From: Candidatus Eiseniibacteriota bacterium
Lineage (GTDB): Bacteria; Eisenbacteria; RBG-16-71-46
NCBI GenBank assembly: GCA_031364845.1
Contig: JANLWX010000007.1
Coordinates: 87,395 to 151,394 of the forward strand
DNA length: 64,000 nucleotides
Direction: 5' to 3'
The position numbers and the translations under genes are program-made. The notes below the pieces were generated by a model. That model worked only from the letters and a program-made list of their open reading frames with translations. It searched no databases and was not told the DNA's origin. The first letter of the stretch is position 1; each line of letters begins with the position of its first letter. Of the stretch, positions 21,044 to 29,702 are shown piece after piece.

Positions 21044-22111
21044 TCATGCTGCCGGGCTCAGGCCGCCGAGCTGTCCACACGCCGCCCAGATCTCGCCGCC
21101 CAGCGTGTTGCGCACGGTGACCGCGGGCGCCTTGGGATACAGCCACTCCGCGAACTGCCGGATTGAGTCCGGCGTCGGCCGCTTCCATTCGAGGCCCGGC
21201 ACCGGATTGTAGGGGATGATGTTGATCTTGCTCGGCAGCTCGCGCGCGAACGCGCTGAGGCGATCGGCATCGGCGAGCGAGTCGTTGACGCCTCCGAGCA
21301 GTGTGTATTCGAGGGTCACGCGCCTGCCGACTTTGTGGCCATAAGCGGCCGCCGCATCGAGCAGCGTGCGGATCGGCCAGCGCTTGTTCACCGGCACCAG
21401 TTGATCGCGAAGCGTGTCGGTGGTCGCGTGCAGTGAGATCGCGAGTCCCAGCGCCAAACCTTCCGTACCGAGCCGCTCGATCTGCGGCACCAGGCCGCTG
21501 GTCGAGACCGTGATGCGACGCGCCCCGATGTTGAGGCCGCGCGGCTCATGGAGGATGCGGATCGCGCTCATCACCGCATCGTAGTTGGCGAACGGCTCGC
21601 CCATGCCCATGAACACGAGGTTGAAGCGGTTGTCCTTCCAGCCGTGGTAGTCACCCATCGCCACGACTTGCGAGACGATCTCTGAGGGCTTGAGATTGCG
21701 CAGCAACCCCATCAACCCGGTCGCGCAGAACGAGCACTTGAGTGCGCATCCGACCTGGCTCGAGAGGCAGAATGTCAGGCGGCGGTCCGTGCGCATCGAG
21801 ACGCACTCGACCCGTGCGCCGTCCGCGAGCGTGAGCACGAACTTCTGAGTGAGGCCGTCCTTCGTCGAGTGGACCGAGATGTCCCCGGCGAGGCGCGTGT
21901 CGACGATTTCGTGCAGCCGTTCACGCAGGCTCGCCGACAGATTCGTCATCCGTTCCGGGGTGCGCTCGTGTTTCTGGTAGACCCACGCATAGATCTGATC
22001 CGCGCGATATTCGGCTTCTCCGGCCTCGGTCAGAACCCGGGCAAGATCGTCCCGGCTCATTCCATGGAAATTGGGAGGATGGAGTGCCGGCGAAGGCGTG
22101 CTCGGGAGCAT
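21044..22111 (-). CDS. rlmN: dual-specificity 23S rRNA/tRNA m2A methyltransferase RlmN
   Basis: SSQVGCALKCSFCATG radical SAM motif, VFMGMGEP, AACGQL. Confidence 0.95.
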   Translation of the reverse strand: MLPSTPSPALHPPNFHGMSRDDLARVLTEAGEAEYRADQIYAWVYQKHERTPERMTNLSASLRERLHEIVDTRLAGDISVHSTKDGLTQKFVLTLADGARVECVSMRTDRRLTFCLSSQVGCALKCSFCATGLMGLLRNLKPSEIVSQVVAMGDYHGWKDNRFNLVFMGMGEPFANYDAVMSAIRILHEPRGLNIGARRITVSTSGLVPQIERLGTEGLALGLAISLHATTDTLRDQLVPVNKRWPIRTLLDAAAAYGHKVGRRVTLEYTLLGGVNDSLADADRLSAFARELPSKINIIPYNPVPGLEWKRPTPDSIRQFAEWLYPKAPAVTVRNTLGGEIWAACGQLGGLSPAA

Positions 22112-22231
22112 GGCGGATCCGAATCGGGCTGAAGGGTGGGGGCGGGCGGCGTGCCGCTTCCGAATCGCATGGACGCTAGCAAAGCGAATCCTTTGCAGTC
22201 AATCGAGCCAGATGGTATGCATTGCGGCGCA

Positions 22232-22711
22232 ATGAATCCAGAATGGTTCAAATCTCAGCGCGTGCTGCAGTGTCTCGGGGACGGATCCCGGTTTCGGGTC
22301 ATGGCCGAACTCGTGCGCGGCGAACGATGCGTCACCGAGCTGGCGATGCTCGTCGGTCTCTCGCAGTCCTGCACCACCCGGCACCTTCAGGTGCTCGAGC
22401 GTGCGGGACTCGTTTCCAGCCGCCGATCGGGCAAGCGGGTGGTCTTCTGTGTTCGCGAGGACCCGCGCGTGGTGGCTCTGCTGGCGTGGGCGCTTCCGCT
22501 GGACGCGGGCCGCGATGACGCTCCCCTGTTCGACGTCCCGGCAATCCCGAGTGGGAACTCCCTGGATGCCGACCGCAATGGAGCGCAACGCATTGCGCCG
22601 GAACGCCTGAACCCGGCCCATGTCGCGAAGGAGCCCGCTGAGGATCCCGAACTGCAGCCCGTCGGGGGTTCGCGAGGAAGGGCCCGCGAGCTTGAGGACT
22701 TCCTCCTGTGA
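22232..22711 (+). CDS. ArsR/SmtB family transcription factor with disordered C-terminal tail
   Basis: LGDGSRFRVM..ERCVTELA..LSQSCTTRHLQVLERAGLV..RSGK; start uncertain. Confidence 0.8.
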   Translation: MNPEWFKSQRVLQCLGDGSRFRVMAELVRGERCVTELAMLVGLSQSCTTRHLQVLERAGLVSSRRSGKRVVFCVREDPRVVALLAWALPLDAGRDDAPLFDVPAIPSGNSLDADRNGAQRIAPERLNPAHVAKEPAEDPELQPVGGSRGRARELEDFLL

Positions 22712-23739
22712 AACACATGCGCGTCGGTGCAATTGATATCGGCTCGAACTCGATCCGGCTGCTCGTCGCCGATCTCCAGGACGGCGAGGACCGCGTGCTG
22801 ACGACCGTCTCCCGAGCGGGCGAGTCGTGCCGGCTGGGCCGCGACCTCGGGCGCACCGGCATGATCGAGAAGGCGCTGGCGGAGCGGGCTGCGGAGCTGA
22901 CCGCCGATTTCGCCAAACGCGCGCGATCGCTGGGTGCCACGCACACGCTGGCCGCGGCCACGGCTGCCCTGCGGAGCGCCAACAACGGACCCGAGACCGC
23001 TGCCTTGATTTCGGAGCGTTCCGGCGTGGCGGTCCGCATCCTCTCGGGCGACGAAGAGGCTCGCATGGTTTATGGAGCTGTGGTGCTGGGCCTGGGAGCC
23101 GCTGCCCGCCGCAGCCCGTGCATCGTGTTCGACATCGGCGGCGGCAGCACCGAGGTCGTGAGCGGGCTCGGCTCGGTTCCCGGACGCTGGACCAGCCTCA
23201 GTTTCGGCGCGGTGAGCCTCACCGAGCGATTCCTGCTCGGCAATCCTCCCACCGGGGATGAAATGGAAGCGCTGTGCCGTCACGTCGAGGCTGAAGTCAT
23301 GCACCACTGTGCATCCATGCCACCAGTAACCCCGGTTCTCGCAGGCGTAGGAGGCACCGTCACGGTCCTCGCCATGACCGACCGGGTGCTCTCGTCCTAC
23401 GAACCCACGTTGCTCGAAGGCTGGCGAATCCCCCGGGAACGCCTGATCGCGCTGGTCGATCGGCTGTCCCGCAGCACCGAGGACGAGCGCCGTCGGTGGC
23501 CGGCAATGGGTGAGGGCCGGGCCGACATCGTGATCGCCGGCGCGCTCGTGGTCCGGACTCTGATGGAGCGATTTCCGTCGACCGCGCTGGTCTGCTCCAC
23601 GCAGGGCCTCCGGTATGGACTCGCCCGTCTGGCCGCGGAAGAGTCGGTCGCCCTCGGGGCTGCGACCTCGGCTCCGATCGAATCTGCATCCGAGGCGAAC
23701 TTCCCCGTTGACCCGCCTTCGGGTACGGGCGGATACTGA
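22708..23739 (+). CDS. Ppx/GppA family phosphatase (short form)
   Basis: AIDIGSNSIRL, ATAALRSA, ILSGDEEAR, DIGGGSTE, GRADIVIAG, GLRYG. Confidence 0.92.
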   Translation: MKHMRVGAIDIGSNSIRLLVADLQDGEDRVLTTVSRAGESCRLGRDLGRTGMIEKALAERAAELTADFAKRARSLGATHTLAAATAALRSANNGPETAALISERSGVAVRILSGDEEARMVYGAVVLGLGAAARRSPCIVFDIGGGSTEVVSGLGSVPGRWTSLSFGAVSLTERFLLGNPPTGDEMEALCRHVEAEVMHHCASMPPVTPVLAGVGGTVTVLAMTDRVLSSYEPTLLEGWRIPRERLIALVDRLSRSTEDERRRWPAMGEGRADIVIAGALVVRTLMERFPSTALVCSTQGLRYGLARLAAEESVALGAATSAPIESASEANFPVDPPSGTGGY

Positions 23740-23875
23740 GCACCGGCAATCAAAAGTTTTGAGGTCCCCAGGTCTCACGCAGAGCTTTGATTACCGCAAC
23801 CGGCTCCCTCCGCCGGCAGCGGCTAGAAAACCTCTTTCCATTTCACTGAGGTTTCAAGAGGGGAGCGGCAACGCA

Positions 23876-24175
23876 ATGTTCAAAGTTCGCAACAGGCTCC
23901 TGATCGCCGTGATTCTGTTCGCGATCGCTTTCTGCGCCTGTCTGAACGCGGAAGCCGGAGCGCGCACGCTATTGCGCCCCGGATCGAACTCCTCGTACGG
24001 ACAACTGAAGCCAGGCGCGATGGCGAACGCAGGCGAGCCCGATGTGGGAGACAACGGGAAGAACGGTCCGCCGAGCACCGGCAACGGTTCCGGCGCAGCC
24101 ATCATTCCCACTCCGACGGGTTATCGCTGGATCATCGCGGCATGGGCAGCACGGTATCTCGGAGTGGGCTGGTAG
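23876..24175 (+). CDS. small exported protein (99 aa) of unknown function
   Basis: AGAGGGGAG RBS, Sec-type signal (KVRNR, hydrophobic core, AEA), G/N/P-rich middle with AGEPDVG, aromatic amphipathic C-terminus. Confidence 0.7.
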   Translation: MFKVRNRLLIAVILFAIAFCACLNAEAGARTLLRPGSNSSYGQLKPGAMANAGEPDVGDNGKNGPPSTGNGSGAAIIPTPTGYRWIIAAWAARYLGVGW

Positions 24176-24269
24176 TCGTCAGTACCCACTCGTCACCAGC
24201 AATGTGATCGTGCCCTGGAAAGGACAGCCAGGGTGCTCCGATGCGGTCGTGATCACCGAGGGTTGAAAA

Positions 24270-27200
24270 GTGCAGCGAGCGATCCCCCCCGATCTGGCTC
24301 AGGCCCGCCGCTCCGAAAGGAGCGGGGCGCCGCAGCATGAAGCGATCGGCGATCTTCATCTCGCGGCCGACAATTTCGTCGGTGCCGCCGAGGAATATGT
24401 CGCGGCTCTTCGCGAAGTCGGCGCGTCGGAGCCCGCGGAGCGGTGCCGCCTGCTCGAGCGGCTTGCCGAAGCCAATCGCCGCCGCGGAGACTTCGATGGC
24501 GCGATGACGGCGCTGATCGAAGCACGCGCGACCGCGCGACTGCTGATGGATTCGCGGTGGAACGCGCGGATTGCCGCCCGCTTCTCGCATGTGCTCGCCG
24601 ACCGCGGGCTCCATCGCCGCAGCCGCCGGTACGCGCACTACTGCTATCGCGTGCTGCGCGACACCGACGAACACCGCATCGTCGGACAGGTCAGTGTGAC
24701 GCTCGGTCTGTGCAGTGCGCGACTCGGTCAGAGCCAGGAGGCGATCGACTGGCTTCAGAGCGCGGCTGCCACGTTCCGCCGCATCGACGATGTCGAAGGC
24801 CTGGTGACCGCACTCAACAATCTCGGTCTCGTCTACAAGAACCTGCGCGAATGGCGTGAAGCGACCCGCTTCATCGAACAGGCGCTGCGCCTCGACGAGC
24901 GCGCCGGCCTCTACGCGCGGATGCGGGGCCACAATCAGAATCTCGGGTTGATCCGCTATCGTCTCGGCCAGTGGGATCTCGCTGAAGAAAACTTCCGCCA
25001 GTCGCTCAAGATCTCGCGCGACATCGGACATGCGCAGGGCGAGTCGGTTGCTTTGCTGGCGCTCGGCATGCTCTGCCGCCGACGCCGCCAGTTCGAGCGC
25101 GCCGATGAGCACTTCCAGCGCGCGCTCACGCTCTCGACGCGCGCCGGAGCGCGCCGCGAACAGATCCTGTCGCGCGAGTTCCTGGGAGAACTGGCACTCG
25201 ACCGCGGCGATGCGATCTCCGCCGAGCGCCACATCGCGCCGGCGCTCGAGGAGGCGATCGCGCTCGCGCCGCAGGGTGATCTCGTCGCGGAACTGGAGAC
25301 GCGCCTCGGCCTCACCTTCACCGCGCTCGGTCGCATCGACGAGGCGCAGTCGCATCTGCTGCGCGGCATGATGGTCGCGGAGCATATCGGTGATCGCGTG
25401 GAGCATGCGGTCGCCGAGCGTGGGCTCGCGCGCCTCGATGCGATCCGCGGGAATCCCGCCGCGCTCGAAGCCAAGATCCGCTCGGCGGCTCAGGTGTTCG
25501 AAGGACTCGGCGAGACCTATGAACTCGCCGTGACCCTGTCGATGTGGGGTGAGGCACTGCTCGACCTGCCGAAGAGCACCCGGTTGCGGGTGCCGCTCGA
25601 GGCAGTCGGTGATGCCGCCAAGCGTTCCGCCGCGCTGTTCCGCGAGCTCGGCGTGATCGCACTCGCGGCCGAGGCGCTCATCACGCTCGCGCGGCTCGAA
25701 AGCGAACGCGATCACTATGATCAGGCGCTGTCGCTGCTCGAGAAGGCGGAGCAATGGCTCGCCGATGCCGGATCCGCCGAGACCGAGGAGCGCGCGAAGG
25801 CGCTGCGCCGCGAACTCGAGCAGCAGTACGTCGCGGTTTCGCTTTCGACCTGCAACGAATTCCGGGCACTCGAGGAAGCCAACCGTCTGTTCCGCGAGAC
25901 CAGCGACATGGACGGCCTGCTCGCGGGCACCGTGCGCCTCGCGGTCGAGAGCGCGGGCGGCGATCGCGGATTTGTGGCGTTCAGCCACGGCGGTGGACGG
26001 CTCGAAGTCGTCGCGCAGTACGGGCTCGGCCGCGATCGCGCGCGCCGCATCCTGCGCGTGATCGAAGGTGTCGGCGGCAGCCGCATCGCCGAGAACGGAC
26101 CGGTGTTCTCGAGCCGGGTCACTGCCGATCCTCGCTTCGGCGCGGCGCTGACCGACGCGCTCGAGAACGTCGGATCGCTCGTGTGCGTGCCGCTCAATTT
26201 CCCGTCGCAGTCGGTCGGCATGGTCTACGTCGATCGCCTCAACGACAATCTGCTCGGCCCGTTCCGCCAGCGCGAATTGAATCTGCTCGCGGTACTCGCG
26301 AACAGCGCCGCGGTCGCGATCGTCGAAGCCCAGCGCTCGCTGCTGCTCGCCGAGAACAAGCAACTGCGCGACAAGCTCAAGCCGATGCCCGGCGTCGAGC
26401 GCGTCGTGACCGATTCACGCGAGATGACCTCGATCCTCAAGCTGATCGCGAAGGTCGGCGACAGCTCGGCGACCATTCTGTTCATGGGCGAGACCGGCAC
26501 CGGCAAGGGCCTGCTGGCTCAGGTCGTGCACGAGGTCTCCAACCGGCGCGACAAGGCGTTCGTGATGGTGAACTGCGCCGCACTGCCCGAGCAGCTGCTC
26601 GAGAGCGAGCTGTTCGGCTACGTCCAGGGTGCGTTCACGGGTGCCGTCCGCGACAAGGTCGGCCTGTTCGAGGAAGCGAGCGGCGGGACGATCTTCCTCG
26701 ACGAGATCGAGAAGGTTCCGGAGACGGTGCAGGCCAAGCTGCTCCACGTGCTCGACAGCGGCGAGATCCGCCCGGTCGGAGCGACGCGCAGCCGCAAGGT
26801 GGATGCGCGCGTGATCTGCGCCACCGGCTGCGATCTGCGAGAGCGGATCAAGGACGGCCGGTTCCTCGAGGATCTCTACTACCGCCTGAACGACATCTCG
26901 ATTCGCGTGCCCTCGTTGCGCGAGCGCCGCGAAGACGTGCCCGTGCTGGCGCAGCATTTCCTCGGCTACTACTCGAAGCAGATGGAGAAGCGGATCACGG
27001 GTTTCGCGCCGGGCGTGATGAAGGCGTTCCTGGACTACGAATGGCGCGGCAACGTGCGCGAACTCGAAAAGACCGTGAAGCGTCTCGTGGTGCTCGCGGA
27101 CGACGGCGACACGCTCGACACCACGCTTCTGCCTTCCGACATGCTGGAGACGATGCCTGCGGCCGGCGAGCGGGCACCGGGTATGAGCCTGCGCTCCAAC

Positions 27201-27353
27201 GTTTCGCAGCTCGAGAAGAAGATGATCGCCCAGGCACTCGAGCGCCATCATTGGAACAAGGCGCGTACCGCGCGGGAGCTGGGCCTCAGCTACCCGACGC
27301 TGCTCACCAAGATTCGGAGCTTCAAGATCGAGCGTCGCCCGGCCCACTCGTGA
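24270..27353 (+). CDS. TPR-GAF-AAA+ sigma54 enhancer-binding protein with HTH
   Basis: About 500 aa of TPR repeats (ALNNLGLVY, NLGLIRYRLGQW), GAF (SLVCVPL..VGMVYVD), GETGTGKG, GAFTGA, FLDEI, WRGNVREL, NKARTARELG. Confidence 0.93.
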   Translation: MQRAIPPDLAQARRSERSGAPQHEAIGDLHLAADNFVGAAEEYVAALREVGASEPAERCRLLERLAEANRRRGDFDGAMTALIEARATARLLMDSRWNARIAARFSHVLADRGLHRRSRRYAHYCYRVLRDTDEHRIVGQVSVTLGLCSARLGQSQEAIDWLQSAAATFRRIDDVEGLVTALNNLGLVYKNLREWREATRFIEQALRLDERAGLYARMRGHNQNLGLIRYRLGQWDLAEENFRQSLKISRDIGHAQGESVALLALGMLCRRRRQFERADEHFQRALTLSTRAGARREQILSREFLGELALDRGDAISAERHIAPALEEAIALAPQGDLVAELETRLGLTFTALGRIDEAQSHLLRGMMVAEHIGDRVEHAVAERGLARLDAIRGNPAALEAKIRSAAQVFEGLGETYELAVTLSMWGEALLDLPKSTRLRVPLEAVGDAAKRSAALFRELGVIALAAEALITLARLESERDHYDQALSLLEKAEQWLADAGSAETEERAKALRRELEQQYVAVSLSTCNEFRALEEANRLFRETSDMDGLLAGTVRLAVESAGGDRGFVAFSHGGGRLEVVAQYGLGRDRARRILRVIEGVGGSRIAENGPVFSSRVTADPRFGAALTDALENVGSLVCVPLNFPSQSVGMVYVDRLNDNLLGPFRQRELNLLAVLANSAAVAIVEAQRSLLLAENKQLRDKLKPMPGVERVVTDSREMTSILKLIAKVGDSSATILFMGETGTGKGLLAQVVHEVSNRRDKAFVMVNCAALPEQLLESELFGYVQGAFTGAVRDKVGLFEEASGGTIFLDEIEKVPETVQAKLLHVLDSGEIRPVGATRSRKVDARVICATGCDLRERIKDGRFLEDLYYRLNDISIRVPSLRERREDVPVLAQHFLGYYSKQMEKRITGFAPGVMKAFLDYEWRGNVRELEKTVKRLVVLADDGDTLDTTLLPSDMLETMPAAGERAPGMSLRSNVSQLEKKMIAQALERHHWNKARTARELGLSYPTLLTKIRSFKIERRPAHS

Positions 27354-27690
27354 GCGAGTGACGTCTTCGAGTTCTGCCTTAGAGGGGTCCATTCGTTCCT
27401 CGACCCCCGGCGATTGAAGACCCTTAAAGACGGCTGACCTCGCGAACCCGAGACCGCCCGTCTCTCCATCCTCGAAACACACAAGTTCTTTCCCTCACCA
27501 CCATAAAAACAATTGCTACCCAAGTCCCTTATTCGGCGCGGACTTAGATTCTGCCCTCGAAATCACGCAGAAGTCTTGTGTCACCCGAAACACCCGGGGC
27601 AAACTCAGGACTAAGAATGGCGAAGCGAATCGAACTCGATTCGATTGTGCGACATGGTGTTACGGGATTGTCTTGTCGCCGTCAGATCGC

Positions 27691-27706
27691 TGGCATGCAG
27701 GGTGCT
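27691..27706 (+). promoter_or_regulatory. sigma54 (-24/-12) promoter
   Basis: TGGCATG-CAGG-GTGCT, GG-N10-GC; predicts +1 near 27717. Confidence 0.7.
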
Positions 27707-27716
27707 TTAGTAATCA

Positions 27717-28142
27717 GGCGGAGGGGGGGGACCTCCAAACCAAGTTCAGCGAGCGATTGCTGGACGAACAAGACATCTGGGCTAGCCGGTTCCGTAGGAG
27801 TCGGTCAAGGGTTACGAGCCCCAGTCTCACAAGGACGAATGCACCGCCCTCTACGACCGGCTAGCTTGGAGTAACACTCCGAACATCGAACACCACCCAC
27901 GACTTTTCATATTCCCGGGGTGCTCCTGATACGACAGGCGGCGGGTCCGCTGACGACGAGGGCTCCTGATCCCGCTGCAAGTTGAGCGCCCCGGGGTATT
28001 CAAGGACACCGGTTTCTAGCAACTTCGGCCAGCATTGGGGGATGCCTCGGTCGACGCGGCTTAGCTCTTCGAAGCCGGTGTCCTCGTTTCGAGAAAGTGT
28101 GGCGCGGCTCACACACACGTGAGACCGCGCCGCACTGTTTTT
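27717..28142 (+). ncRNA. candidate novel ~425-nt structured ncRNA
   Basis: Bounded by a sigma54 promoter and an intrinsic terminator; three 82-90 nt domains closed by 10-14 bp stems, GNRA-capped hairpin, G-U pairs favour + strand; no convincing ORF. Confidence 0.7.
28096..28142 (+). terminator. intrinsic terminator
   Basis: AGTGTGGCGCGG-CTCAC/GTGAG-A-CCGCGCCGCACT stem followed by GTTTTT. Confidence 0.8.
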
Positions 28143-28274
28143 GCCGTCGTCGGTGTGGCGAAGACTGTGGATCCGCGATTCTCCGCCCGTCCCCGCCCCG
28201 TAACTTGTTGGCGCATAAGGATGGCCCCGTCCACTCGGAGCCCATCTACAATCTGCGCCTCACAAGGAAAGCGA

Positions 28275-28289
28275 TGGCACGGGCATTGC
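28275..28289 (+). promoter_or_regulatory. sigma54 (-24/-12) promoter, consensus match
   Basis: TGGCACG-GGCA-TTGC; partial IHF-like site (reverse CAA-CAAG-TTA) near 28201-28210. Confidence 0.8.
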
Positions 28290-28353
28290 CGTTGCTGTTC
28301 CGTTCGCGACTCGTAACCCCAAGGATCGCCTCGCTTACGGAAAGGACAGGCCC

Positions 28354-29178
28354 ATGAGATCCGCCCTGGTCATGACGTCGATGCTCGCCCTGGCAGGCTT
28401 GGTCGCCGGGTGCAACGACTCCACCGCACCCCGAGATCTCATCGCACCCGCGGCTCCGCGCGGCCTGGTGACGGTGACCGGGGACCACGTCGTGTACGTG
28501 AGCTGGCTCGCCAACACCGAAGGCGATGTGGCCGGCTACCGGATCTACGAGGCGCCGTGCCCTGACGGCGACGGGTGCCCCTACGATCCGGTCGGCGTCA
28601 CCTCGAGCACCCGATTCACGATCGAGGGGCTCACCAACGGCGAGACGCGCTTCTTCGCCGTCGCCGCATTCGATCATGCGGGCAACGAGAGCGCCCTATC
28701 CAAGGATCTCGCCTTCGACACGCCGCGACCTGAAGGATTCGACCAGTTCCTCAGTGACGCGACCGACCAGCCCGCGACGAGCGGCTGGGACTTCTCGGCC
28801 CGGGCGGTGCGCGCGTTCGATGATCCGGCGGTCGACGTTTACTATGTACGCTCGAGCGGGGTGGATCGGATCGTCGCGCCGTTCGTGGACACCGACATCC
28901 AGGACGCGGGTTACGCGACCACACTCGATGCCATCGACTTTGCGCCGACCGGCGGCTGGTCGCCGACCGGCGCCACGGAACTCGTGGTCGGGCACTGTTA
29001 CATCGTGCGGACGTTCGACGATCACTACGCCAAGCTGAGGGTCACGGGCCTCGCGGCGGGCCGCGCGCAGTTCGATTGGGCCTATCAAATCGATCCGGGC
29101 AACCGCGAGCTCAAGGCGCGGCCCGCCAATCGCGAAGGGGGCCGGGTCCGCCGGCACACCGTGGCGCTGGTGCCATGA
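28354..29178 (+). CDS. lipoprotein with fibronectin type III-like domain
   Basis: Lipobox LVAGC; PAAPRGL..VSW..DVAGYRIY..GLTNG..FAVAAFDHAGNES. Confidence 0.75.
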   Translation: MRSALVMTSMLALAGLVAGCNDSTAPRDLIAPAAPRGLVTVTGDHVVYVSWLANTEGDVAGYRIYEAPCPDGDGCPYDPVGVTSSTRFTIEGLTNGETRFFAVAAFDHAGNESALSKDLAFDTPRPEGFDQFLSDATDQPATSGWDFSARAVRAFDDPAVDVYYVRSSGVDRIVAPFVDTDIQDAGYATTLDAIDFAPTGGWSPTGATELVVGHCYIVRTFDDHYAKLRVTGLAAGRAQFDWAYQIDPGNRELKARPANREGGRVRRHTVALVP

Positions 29179-29192
29179 GGGGGTAAGAACAC

Positions 29193-29702
29193 ATGGGGTG
29201 GCAGCGGGCGATAGGTTTGTTCGTGGGGCTCGCAGTGCTGTTGTCAGGCTGCGTGCAAGCCTATCGGTCGGTGCGGCCGGAACCCCGGTTGTACGCGGCA
29301 GCGCGTCCGGCACCCGGTTACTACTGCTATGATTGTCACGGCTATCGGTTTCTGGACCCGTACTACGACTGGTGCCCCCCGAACGGCTATCGGTTCCAGT
29401 GGTCCCAGTCCCCGCAGCTCATGCGGGTGTACCGGGAACGCTATGTGGCTTTGAAGCAACGCGATCGCAACCTGGGAAAGTTCCGCTACTCGGACCGCTA
29501 CCGCTCCACGCGGCGCTATCGCGAGTCGCGGCCATACGAGGACGACGCGGAAGGGAAGCGCAGGCCCGGACAGGGCATCAAAGATTCTCGACGGGAGCAG
29601 GACGCCCCACGTCGGGGTAAGAGCGAACGAGCTCCGCGCGATTCGGACGATTCCCGGCCGAAGAAGTCGCGAGGCCAGAGGCCGCAAGGGACCGAATCAT
29701 GA
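29193..29702 (+). CDS. lipoprotein with CxxCH motif and charged disordered tail
   Basis: Lipobox LLSGC; YYCYDCHG..DPYYDWC; ATGA overlap with next gene. Confidence 0.65.
   Translation: MGWQRAIGLFVGLAVLLSGCVQAYRSVRPEPRLYAAARPAPGYYCYDCHGYRFLDPYYDWCPPNGYRFQWSQSPQLMRVYRERYVALKQRDRNLGKFRYSDRYRSTRRYRESRPYEDDAEGKRRPGQGIKDSRREQDAPRRGKSERAPRDSDDSRPKKSRGQRPQGTES

Noticed and set aside
24132..26363. Long antisense ORFs (also 33076-34929, 45091-46893, 60083-61939 and others)
   Set aside because: Shadow frames of genuine high-GC genes on the opposite strand, with no recognisable motifs
27717..28142. tmRNA, RNase P RNA, SRP RNA or CRISPR array identity
   Set aside because: No tRNA-like GGGG..CCA ends or tag frame, no GAGGAAAGUCC P4 motif, no SRP helix-8 motif, no identical direct repeats with spacers
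27578..28357. Short ORFs across the structured intergenic region, including an 11-codon MHRPLRPASLE
   Set aside because: They start upstream of the promoter or cross the terminator, lack good RBS spacing and host-like codon bias; dense base pairing explains the region better
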